Part shown: positions 53,051-64,000 of the stretch, in pieces
Numbering within the stretch: position 1 is the first letter of the stretch
How the letters are laid out: each line of letters opens with the position of its first letter
Assembly (NCBI GenBank): GCA_051362555.1
Contig: CM120643.1
Coordinates: 17,364,848 to 17,428,847 of the forward strand
From: Lingula anatina
Lineage: Eukaryota; Animalia; Brachiopoda
Length of the DNA: 64,000 bases
Reading direction: 5' to 3'
Made by a program: the position numbers and the translations under genes
The notes under the pieces: generated by a model
Databases searched by the model: none
The model's input: the letters and a program-made list of their open reading frames with translations, nothing else
What the model was told of the DNA's origin: nothing

Positions 53051-55909
53051 GTTAGACAGTTGAAACGTTTGTCAGCAACTTTCTACAATCACATCTGAGC
53101 TTATCTGTATCACAATAATAACCAAGCTTCTACAATTTTCAAAACAAAAAATCAATTATTACGAGGCTATAAATCGTCTCCTGTAGATGAGTGTCATTGC
53201 CTCGCTTTCAAGAAACAAGATCGCTAGGTCAAATCGCAGAAGTGAAAGTTCAATATGTTATGTAGGTTCATTTCTCCCAACAACGTGGGTTTTCTGATAT
53301 GCATTACCTAAAATTAACCTTCCTACCAGTACGGTTTTTAATGCATTTTGTTATAACATTCACACTGGCCATCAAGCAATATTTCCTTATCAAGAATAGG
53401 GGAGGGGTGGAAAATTACTTTAGGGCAACATATAACACTAAATATACAAATGGAATCCCCTTAAAATAATGGCAAAATCAATGTTATTCTAAGGAAAGTT
53501 CGATGGATTTACCTTTTAATACATACAATCAACAGTATAGTTTCAATACGATTTGACACCAGAAAGCAAATTCAATAAAATCAACCAGACGGTAAACACC
53601 GGAAAGCTTTATCAATTTCACCAATTTGTTTATTTCCAACAGCGCACTTTCGCGCATGCGCAGTCGTTTAAATCCTGTGCTCTTTAGTGCTCACACTGTT
53701 GCCGAAGAATCAGCTATTTGTTTTTGTGTGCCTTAAAAAATAACAACTGTTCATTTTGGGTAAAAAAATGAATTTTCCTGGGGTTAACTACAATTTTCCC
53801 ATACTAGCCAATGGTTAATGAATCCATTTCTACATTCATAGTTAGTCCCTGTTTTTTTTTTTTGTTTTTGTTTTTTTTTTTTTTCTAAAAAGTTTAAGAG
53901 ATAATTACAGAGAAAAGCCATCTGTGGGGGTCACGTGGTCCGATGACAAGCACAGATTTTAGAATAATTGTTATAATTGCCATTTTGGTGGTAAAATAGA
54001 ATTTATTATATTTTATGAGGTGTTTACAAAATATAGATTACTTACGAAGAGTTGTTATCCCTTTAATTATGTGAACTCAGTTAAAGAACTGATGCCAAAT
54101 TTACACCGAAAAGATTATGAAAAGTTTTAAAACAAAATTCAATCCTTGTTTTCCTTCATAAGTCGGAAAAGTAGGACAAAACCAAATAAAACTGATTTTG
54201 GGAAAAATATTCCACATTAAATGTCAAGTCTGCATATAATGAACGCTTCTATACCGCACAAAATACAATCCGAAATTCCACGGTTCCTGTCAGATTTACG
54301 TAAAGTCGCTCAAAGAAATCCCAAGGACACATGAAGACCAGTTACACGATTTATTTGTTGACGCTCGCTAATTACATGATCTACGCGAAGTTTCCAACTT
54401 CGGAACCCTCTCCCATAACATGTGTTCGTCTTTTAACTCTCTCAAGTGGTCTCTAAAAAATGTCCACTCAGATATTAATTCCAAAGGCTTATATCCAAAG
54501 TTCTTATATCAGGTGGATCCAATGCTGTATTATTGCGATTATCTATTGTCTCGCAATTTCTATGAAGTACGACAAGCCCTGGTTGATGAGAGGTATGAGA
54601 AACCAACAACGAAGATATATAAACAGTATGCCACTCCGCAAAAGGACATATTCCAAACACACTAAATAATAAAGGGATTGTGAAAAGGTTTAACATGTTG
54701 TGGCATATCTCAAACACCTCTCTCGCAGATAAACAATGATTCATCAAGATACAACAAGATACCTTAATTTGACAGTTTGTAACACGAGATCTGTACTCGT
54801 TTTAATGACATTCTGATCGCTTTTTTAGTATTCTACACACGGTGTGTGCTCTGCGATACAGAAGCAAAAATGGTTCTGGTGGCGTTTAAAAACACATGTA
54901 TAGTTTTGCCTGCATACAAATACCCCCGTTCTCTCTCCCAGACGAATAATGATACATCTAGATACAATAAGGTACATTAACTTGGCAGTTTGTAATACTG
55001 TCTGTACTCGTTTTTATGCCATTCTGTTTTGTTCTGTGCCTCGTGATACAGCAGCAAAATTACTCTGGTGTCCTTTAAAAACTAATTAAGATCTAAACAA
55101 TATGGGTGGGACAACTTTTAATAATGAAAAGGTTTCATAAGAATATTTTGAATAAGCTATATCAGAAAGACTCTCAACTACGTACAACACACCGTTTTAT
55201 AACAATAGAAGTGATCGTACAGTAGGCCTATTTACTCAACATTGTTAGAAGCTGTTGGTGAACCACATCTCATTTCATAGCTGCAGAACAACAAACCCAA
55301 CTATTCAAATCTTCCTACCCCCCCCCCCCCCCCCCCCGACTTTGAACCGCAGACTGCTGGAAACGGTAACAGAGCAAGAGGAACGAAAAAGAACCAAGAC
55401 TAACACATATAGATCGCAGCTTTAACAGATAAAGGAACCTGTATGGTCACGCCATGGAATCATGTGGCTTTAACGGATAAATCTGGATATATACCATTCC
55501 ACTGTGATCACCAGAAAGTAAGTAGACTAACTGAATCAAATAACTAGCTATACAAAATCACAACAAGAGGTGATGGTTCGATCCACTTTAGCCCAAACGT
55601 TTTTTTTTTTTTTTTTTTTTTTTTTGAAAAAACATAATATATAACATAATTTTATGATCATTCTCTACCAACATTTTCTCTAGACATCGTCCGAAGATAT
55701 ATATTTTCAAAGCTTAGCAAAAAACGGCTTTTCATGGTGACAGATTTCTTTTAGCATCACAATTTTTTGGTGAATAAGTGATTTTTGGTGGACATGCAAA
55801 AGCTTATATTTCACTTTCTGCCTTGATTTAATTATTTTCATATCAAAATGAGATGTCTCAATTCAAAGTCAAAATAGGGCCATTTTCTATGCATTATTGA
55901 CAATATTAC

Positions 55910-56923
55910 CTTTGACAACTGAAGTTCACCAGGGGTTCCTCCCATACCTGACAGGTCAGCGTTGGACGAGAACAGGTCGGTCATCCCAAGACTCTCAAGT
56001 GGTTCTTTTAAATCAATCCGCATGTTTTCTAATACAAACGCAGGGAGCGACAGTGACACATTTGTCTCCTGCATAGAACACCGAAGTCTGTCGAACTCAT
56101 CAAACGTAAACTCAGATTCAAAAAGGGTGAGTCCATCACGCTGGTCGGGCAGTATAATCAGCATGCTGGTCGTTGGAACGTAGTAAGGAATTTCTATCAT
56201 GGAGGCCTGCCATTTCTTGCTATAGGCATACCTAAATCGACCTGTCTGTGTCATCATATCCACTAACTTGGGGCGAGGATTAGCAGTATAGAAAGGGCGT
56301 TTCCTGGTCTGCCTTGGATCAAAGGGGGAAGCCCAATTGCCTTTGAAGTAAACAGCACTTACAAGAGCCAGAATGGAAGAGTTGGTGATGTCGCCCGGTT
56401 GAAGAATATCTTCGATTTTAGTTTCTGTTCGTTCTTTGATCCATTTGTTGATCCCAACCCTTGATTCCTCCGGAGAATTTGCAAAATCACGGCGCTCCAG
56501 CTGAGCGCCATAGAACGTAGTACTGTCTGCAAGGTAGGTAGAATTAAAAGAGAAACCCTGTGCTCCAAACAGTCTATTTACAATGTAGAATATGAAAGTG
56601 TTGTTTGAGTTGGTCGTATCTTCAAGAACGTAGCTAATACTTTCATGTACATCGACCGTGTTCTCTATCTCCAAGGCTATGTCTATCTGGATTTTGGTAG
56701 TGCCTTGTGCTCCAAGTCTCAGCATACCCAGTGCAGCAGAGACACTGAGCGGGGAAAAGAAGGTATTAGACACTGAGTCTAATGTGCTTATCTTGGCATA
56801 AAGCTTTACAGAAAACCTGTTGCTTACTCTTGAGAATGGGTGACTAAAACACCCAGCACTCAATCCAGAAAATCCAATCAGAATGAGGTGTAGAAACAGG
56901 ATAGAAAACTTTCCAAGCACCAT
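55910..56923 (-). CDS. Serpin body exon D, 338 codons, no RCL exon of its own
   Basis: Intact ORF with signal peptide MVLGKFSILFLHLILI; ends QLSK|gtaata in phase 0. Confidence 0.9.
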
Positions 56924-57769
56924 GTTTTGTTTTCACTCTTTCTCTGCCTAGCCCTTTCCCTTGTCAATTATATTATAAAGTACCGGCAAAACGGCTTCGT
57001 GGTTTTGATATAGAGCGCACCAAAAACAGGTTTGCATGTTTTTTCCTGCATACAAATATTTTTTCCTCTCTCCCAGACGAATGAAAGTGCGTTTACGTTT
57101 GTTAGATTATTTGATTTAATTGTCGGAATGGAACATCCTTATTTAAATGCCATTCTCATCGTCTCCCTATAATGTATACAAGGTGTGTCTTATGTTACAT
57201 TGTACAACTATACGAATTGCTCTCAATATGGAGACACAGAGTGGCTAATTGACATCTTTAAAAAACTAATTCAGTTGTCTGCAGCATGTTTTTGGCGTAA
57301 TGTGTCTAAATATGTAACTTAACAGTCTACAGTCTACAACTTTATGTAAAAGCAGTAAGGGATATTGAGTTCTGCTTCCAGTGAACACCTTACAAAGTAC
57401 ACTGCCATTAATGCTTCAATAATCTCAATATAGCCAACAGTCCGAACAGCAGACTTTATTCAAATTACATGATAATTGCAGGCAGCCAACAAAATATTAT
57501 AACAGTTACAGATGTCAAAAACAAGAAATTTAGCTTGTTTTTGACACTTTCAGTTAACAATATTACCCAACAGCAATATCTGTTAAACAGCTATGATTCT
57601 TAGTAAAAAAGTTATTTCTATCTTTGCGAGCACAGGGGATGTTTGATGTTTAAAAAGGGGGTGCGAGGATACATTAGGGAATTATGAAATTTGATGTTCA
57701 TCGCTGCCCAAATGGATTGGCTAGCATTTACGTTTTTCCTCGTGCTTTTTTTTTAAATTTGTAGAAGCA

Positions 57770-57930
57770 TGCGAATGGGTGAAAACAACACGCAGCACTT
57801 AATCAAAAAATTCCAATCAAAATTAGTAGGTGTGGCAAACTTTTTTCAGAAACCATGTTTTGTTTTCTCTCCTCCTTTTCTGCCTATCCCTTTTCCTTAA
57901 GCCTTATATTGTAGCGAACCAGGTAAAATA
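57770..57930 (-). pseudogene. Remnant fifth serpin first exon (promoter, 5'UTR, ATG 57856, decayed signal peptide)
   Basis: gaatgggtga..cagcact.aatc..aaa.tccaatca and catgttttgtttt..tctgccta.ccctt match 56834-56990. Confidence 0.7.
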
Positions 57931-58599
57931 TGCATGTTTTTGTCTGGATACAGCATGCCATTAAAAAAACGGCCACTTTAATAGCTATCGCTGTCTGCAT
58001 CTTACGTGCAAGCACGCAAGTCCCCGACAGTGATAATGATAGGGGGATTACGATGGCCAGCGCAGGTCGCTCAAAGCGGCAGGCACTGTCGCCGCTGTTA
58101 AACCAGTAGTTAAGTCTTGGGACATATCCGCACTATGCCAATAATTATCCCGACTTTCGATTTTTCGAATTGCAACTTTTAGTTAAGATAGGAAAAACGT
58201 TTAATTGCCTGATAATCTATAAATTCTATTTTTTCTCTTTGTAAACTATTTTGCGTTTTGTGTTTCTTTTAATCCCGTAATCAGAAAAAAATACTGCAGA
58301 GAGTTAAAACTTAACATGGAATATTTTTTATCATAGTTATTTTTGAGTGCAGATTAAATTATTTTGGTTTTATTCATCAAAAAAAGTATGTAATTGAGTG
58401 ACAAAAATATCCAGTGATCTATTGTGAGATATTTTGGTCAATAATGTCAAATCTGACATAAGATGTCATTCAAAAGAAAAGAAAACCCTGGAAAACCATA
58501 TCAACAGTTTAATGTCAGTATTTTAATACTTTTATTAAAGAAAATGATAAACTCCGGACAGTGATATGCTACACAGGCATAGAGCTCATTACAGTAAAT

Positions 58600-59460
58600 T
58601 ATGAAAAGTAATCAATAGCGGGCATGACCTCCAGCAGCCGCTTACAGCGCCCTCATCCTACATGGCATACCCTGTGACAAGGTTTTCAGAGTTGGGATGG
58701 GGATAGCATTCCACGCAATGATATTTGCCTGTCATAGTTCATCACTATTTACCGGCTGATGACCATAGCTATTACTTCTGCGAGTTATTTCCGCCCACAG
58801 ATTTTCAACTGGGTTCATATCTGGTGAGTTTGCAAACCAGGGCAGTTGCTGAACCCCTTGGTTTTGAAAAAAAAAGCACTGATTCTGCGAGCTCGATGTG
58901 GGGCGCGTAGTCGTCTTGGTATACAAAGTTGTTCCTGAAGATGGCTCTTACAAAGGGAAACTCTATATCTGCCTTCATCACTGAAAACGACGTGGTCCCC
59001 AGTCCATTATATTGCAGACGGCGCTGTATATGACCTGCTGTTAACAGTGGTTTCCGTACTGGTCTTCATGCAAAATAACCGGCTTGCAGTGATCTCTTGT
59101 TCACGAGGGACATTGAAACGGGCGTTTGAATGACATTCTGCCAATCTCTTCTGAGGACACTGGTTGTCTTCGTACGACCAGCACGGCACAGTCTAAAGAG
59201 AAGGTGATCCTGTCTTCTTGTTGTGACTCGAAGACACCCTGGTCGAGGTCTTGGAGTAGGTGCGCCTGTTGTAGCATTTCTTTGGAGGACTTGACTAACG
59301 ATTCCCTGATGAATGATAAATTTCCTGGCAATGGCTACCCGTTTATGGCAGGAATCCCATAGTAAGCTGCGTTGCTTAGCTGTCGAACCATATCTTCTCT
59401 AAGGTACCTGTCAAGTTTCAGAGCGATCCCTTTGTTGCTTCTCGAAATACACTCCAAACC
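58600..59460 (-). mobile_element. Decayed Tc1 transposase fragment
   Basis: LPWFANSPDMNPVENLW motif. Confidence 0.8.
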
Positions 59461-59597
59461 CATGCGTTTATATATATATATATATATTACTTAGAACTTG
59501 ACCTAGATCTCGACAGGATGTGCCACCTTGCATGCTTAGACACTTGAATTACAGGTGTAATGTGCGAGTACTTAACGGCCTATAAAGAGTACTTACT

Positions 59598-60956
59598 CAC
59601 ACTGGACAATAGAAGTGTCACCCCTACTGAACCAATACTTTTGGTGAGATAAATGACTGTGGAATGATATGCTCCTGGTATCATTTTATTAACGTCAAAT
59701 TTCATTTAAAAAAACACAAAATGAGAACAAAATATACATTCTACCAAGATATGCAGTTTCAAGTCCAAAATTATTACTTAGTGGCATAGCCTCGTGACCT
59801 AATAATAGCTGCCAGTCTGCGATGCAAGGATTCATATAATTGTCTGATGCGTTCAGGGCTTCTCCTGGCCCAAGCATGAAACACTGAACCTTACAGGGTT
59901 TGTCTGCTGGTTGGACGGGCATTTGTCAAAAGTTTTGACATATCATTCCTTACATTTTCTATTATGTTTGTATCCGGACTCTGGGCAGGCCACATCACCC
60001 TGCGAATGTCCTGTTGGTCAAACCAATCATCAACTGCTCTGGGTCTGTGACAAGGAGCATTGTCATCCTGGTGAACAAATGGATAATTCCTGTCACCAAA
60101 CATGTTAGTAATAGACGGTAGCAAGCCTGACTCCAAAACATCGATATATTTCTGGTGATTCATGTTTCAACTACCAGTTCACCCACGCCATGGATGCTGA
60201 TGCAGCCCCACACCATGATAAATATGCTTCTCCGGGTTCGAAAATTCAGTGCATGTGGTTCAAATGCTTTACCAGCAGTTCGCCAGCATCGGACCCGTCT
60301 GTCATCAGAGGTCAGACCAAAGCGACACTCATCAGAAAAAAACTATATAGGACCAATTGCCATGGACTGTCTAGTTCCAGATCCTGTTGGCCTTAGTTCA
60401 CTCTACATTGCCTGTTTTGTAACGATATAAGAGGTTTCAGTCTTGCTACCCTGCTGTACACTCTCTGAGCATGTAACCGACGCCTAGCAGTTTTCACAGA
60501 TAGATTCATATGTGTGAAATTGTTCCACTGTGTTGTCAACTGACAAGCAATGTCGAACCTTGATAACCTGGGCATCAAAATCAGTCGTCGGTCTTCACGG
60601 TCAGTAGTTTTTCTTGGACAACCCATCAGAGGCAATTTGTCTCTTGATACAGTGTTTCTTTACCGAGACCAGACCCTCTGCACGGTTCTGACTGAACAAC
60701 TCAACTGTATCGATATTCTGACATTGCTTATATTCTGCCTCTTCAGGTTAATAACTTGACGTCTATAATCGTTAGATAATTGCCTGTATCTTGTCATATT
60801 GGAGGAAGACAGGAATAACATTTGCTGTACATGTACAAGATCAACAATACAATTCCAGGGTACAGCAGTTTTACACTCATTAGTCACATTATAAGTAGAC
60901 CAAGCGTTATAACTACCCAAGATCTGCCTACTTTGACACTTCTATTGTCCAGTGTG
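59598..60956 (-). mobile_element. Tc1 element with both TIRs and a frameshifted DD34E-type transposase
   Basis: TIR cacactggacaatagaagtgtca / tgacacttctattgtccagtgtg; GCPRKTTDREDR, FSDE, QDDNAPCH, WPAQSPDTNIIE. Confidence 0.92.
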
Positions 60957-61246
60957 TGTATATTGTACTGCAACTAAAATAAAAGACCACGGAATTCACC
61001 ATGCTGTCCTTGCTCATCATCATTGCTTTGAACAATCCCATATACATATAATAATTTGATGGTCGCTGATACCGTAGAATTAATCCGAATTGCTATTACT
61101 CCCATTTTCAAAGCTAAGACATCGCCGGACTTGAAGATTTAAAAAGCACTAGAGACCACCGTACCTTGAAGCGACGCCCAGTCAACTTCAACACAACACC
61201 CTCGAACACAGTCCTGCGAACTTAATTACACACTGTTACAATCAGC

Positions 61247-61288
<42 letters not shown>

Positions 61289-63369
61289 AGATGGACACAT
61301 ACTTGGATAGCATGAGGTGAACGCGGCTGCCTAGTAAAATGACACCCTAACTTTAATGGTTTACTGGTACCACCACGCGTCGCGGGAACGCATATCCACC
61401 TTTTGAGCAGAATGTAACATTTAAAATGGAAATTAGGCAAAATATCTTTTTTTTCAGACAGGTAATAATTATCATCGGGAAGTCAGGGACACCCCACTAC
61501 AAGTGTGCTTGTGACAGTTGAGAATTATTATCCGAACAGTATCTGTTAAAATCCGGGTTAATATTAAAACGTCACCGTGATTAAATGTATACGATGTGTA
61601 AACTTCAACATAATAGTCAAACTTAGGCAAAAATAGAAATCATTAAACCAAATCGAGTCCGATTGCTGTATATGTTCTGGGAAGGTTTTTAGTGAAAACT
61701 AATAATGATAGTCTCTTATGCTAATCATAATCTAATTTTGCTTATAAGGTGTTAAATATCACTATTTATTCAATCGGCATGTAAGCTTGCTGGACTACGG
61801 ACCATGACGTAACAGTTTACTTGTATCTTATGTTCAAAATACTTTGACCAGCTGAATATTGCTCATGTATTGAAGCAAAATAACCCTACGGAATCTTGTA
61901 TTGTCGTTATATACATATGTGACATTTTGACAAATTTTGAAACTAAAAGTTTTATTTCTCTTTTCAACAAACAAACCTGACATTTTCTCTGCAAGTATAT
62001 GAAGAACGATTCTCTATCGATGGATGCTGATAATATTATAATGCACTGAGACTAGTAACGTCACCTCACATCAAATCAGCATGTTCTGATGGAAATTCAT
62101 ATGTTTCGTCTGTAGATGACTTATAAACTTTTCACTTTATACACTAACACTAACACACTTTGAAGAAAGTCACGGATAGACCGAAAGCTTTGTTAGGTAT
62201 AGCTTAATTTAGTGTAGAAAGTAAAAATTGAACTGAAAATTAAACATTATTATTATTACTATTATTATTATTATTACCACTCTTGCAACCCGAGGGTTGG
62301 ATAATTAGAATCATTGCATCATAGTTTAATTAAAACCACTAGTGAATAAAAATAAAGGAATATTAAAAGACATATGTAAACAGATTTAAAACAAAATGAC
62401 TAAAATGCAAGGTTAAAAAATGAAATAAAAGTCTATCAGTTTATTTTGAAACTTGTATATCGCACTTGTTAAAAAGTCACAAATTAAGTATAAGGAATCA
62501 GCATGTTGTTTATGCTTATCATTAGCATTGACAAGCATGATGGCGATAAGCGTGTTAAAATGTGTACGTATGTTTTAGATAAAATAGACAACACTAGAGT
62601 TAGTGAAGAGGTATCCGTGCCATGTAATGAGAGAGCTCATTGTGATACTGCACTCGTTTTGTACAGATAATCCGCCCTCTAGATTATGACACATTTACGT
62701 CACGTTAATTCTAACCTATATGAATCAAATGGAATGCGGGTTGAAGAAAACCCTCTAAACTCCAGGGTGTCACATAATGCCTGTGTTCTCATCCTCGGTG
62801 CATTCCGCAATCTCGTCATTATCAGTTTCCTATCTTAGCTGAAGATCTTCCGCATTTTCGGGATAACTGCGACCTAATTTTACATTGTTCAGTTTATCTG
62901 TGACGTCATACTTAATATTTAGGCGCTGCAGCCTGCAGCTGCGACCTCTATTTGAAATCAATTCTTATTTATATCAATTACTAGTCAGAATGAGAGATAA
63001 TATTTCAAAAGCCATGCCAAATGGGACATTCAGCTGACTGCGCCCTAGATGAAGGAGAACGTGAAATGGGACATGTTATGGTTGATTGGGCAGACATGTT
63101 GTTTCCGAAACATGTTTGAACACTTGAAACTACGGATGATGTCACAAATTCATGTCTAGATATTGAGATCTTCGGCGACCTTAATCCACGCCCTTACGTT
63201 AGGCTAACTGCCATAAATGGGATGATTGATAGCGTAGGGTTTTGATGATAGTGAATGTCGTCCAGACAAAACTGCTAACGTAGAAAAAGACGTAGTGACA
63301 TTTTGAACAGAAATCCATCACACTAAAGAAGCGCTGAACAGAGAGAATATTTTCAGTAATACTTGCAAT

Positions 63370-63760
63370 ATGATATCAGAAATGTCAGAGGAATCAACGC
63401 GGCATATTTTGTCCGCAGACGCCATCCAGGAAGTAAATGACGACACAGAAGCAGACGATAGGCCGGAATCTCCTGCTAGGCTCAGCGTTCAGGCGGGCAA
63501 CACGTACCAAGTGCCCCAAATGACGTCAAAGGAAGAAGATCACCCGAAAACCATGCGTACCCCTTCAATGGCAGAAATCTTTGGCAACAGGAAAGCAACA
63601 TTGGCAGCAGCGTTGTTGCTGCTTATATACTTTCTCGTCTGTCTGTCCATGCGCGTTTCCGTCGCTACAGCCGGAGGTTTCTTTCTGTCACATTATTTGA
63701 GAAGCATGAATGCCACTTTAGCAATAAGTAATGCTTTCTTTGATAAATTGATTATGCTGG
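63370..63760 (+). CDS. Probable first coding exon of a membrane transporter (MFS/SLC16-like); the gene continues beyond the window
   Basis: Acidic N-terminal region, then a hydrophobic segment (AAALLLLIYFLVCLSM...GGFFLSHY), strong donor G|gtgagt. Confidence 0.45.
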
Positions 63761-64000
63761 GTGAGTTTTATTGTCGTTTTCACATCAACTTCATTCAAAC
63801 TTTTCTTTTGGTTCTTATTTTTGAAGAGCAGTACACTACACTTGAGACGGTGTATACTTTTATACGTGGTTCGTATCATACAGTTTGAAGTCAAGGAGGT
63901 CAGCATTTCAGATCGCAATATATAGTTATGTACATTATCTTTGCCGAGTTTATCTCTATCTGATTAGATAACATGTATAATAAAGCTTAAACATCACTCA

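Noticed and set aside
63010-63369. Coding-like sequence upstream of the last ORF
   Set aside because: Interrupted by stops (e.g. TGA near 63304); an extension cannot be supported

Overview
AT-rich, intron-rich invertebrate (probably lophotrochozoan; inference only) genomic window. It holds a 21-exon WD40-repeat gene (+, 6236-16281), a 5-exon cytosolic sulfotransferase with an apparent 1-bp frameshift (+, 25874-28155) and a probable first exon of a membrane transporter at the right edge. Mobile DNA includes a truncated Gypsy element, a Penelope fragment with three hammerhead ribozyme copies, several Tc1/mariner relics and many MITEs. The main finding is a minus-strand locus of about 38 kb (57.9 kb to 19.3 kb). 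Four serpin 'body' first exons (three intact, one pseudo) and a fifth 5' remnant each have their own ATG and signal peptide, and the four full exons end at the same phase-0 donor. They lie upstream of a single reactive-centre-loop exon. That exon splices in frame to 15 TIL inhibitor domains and two TSP1 + divergent SUEL-lectin-like modules (~1626 aa), and a second intact TSP1+SUEL terminal cassette lies 9 kb further downstream. This looks like a UGT1A/protocadherin-style variable-first-exon multi-inhibitor gene, the reverse of the known variable-RCL insect serpins. Exon models were read by eye and need RNA confirmation.
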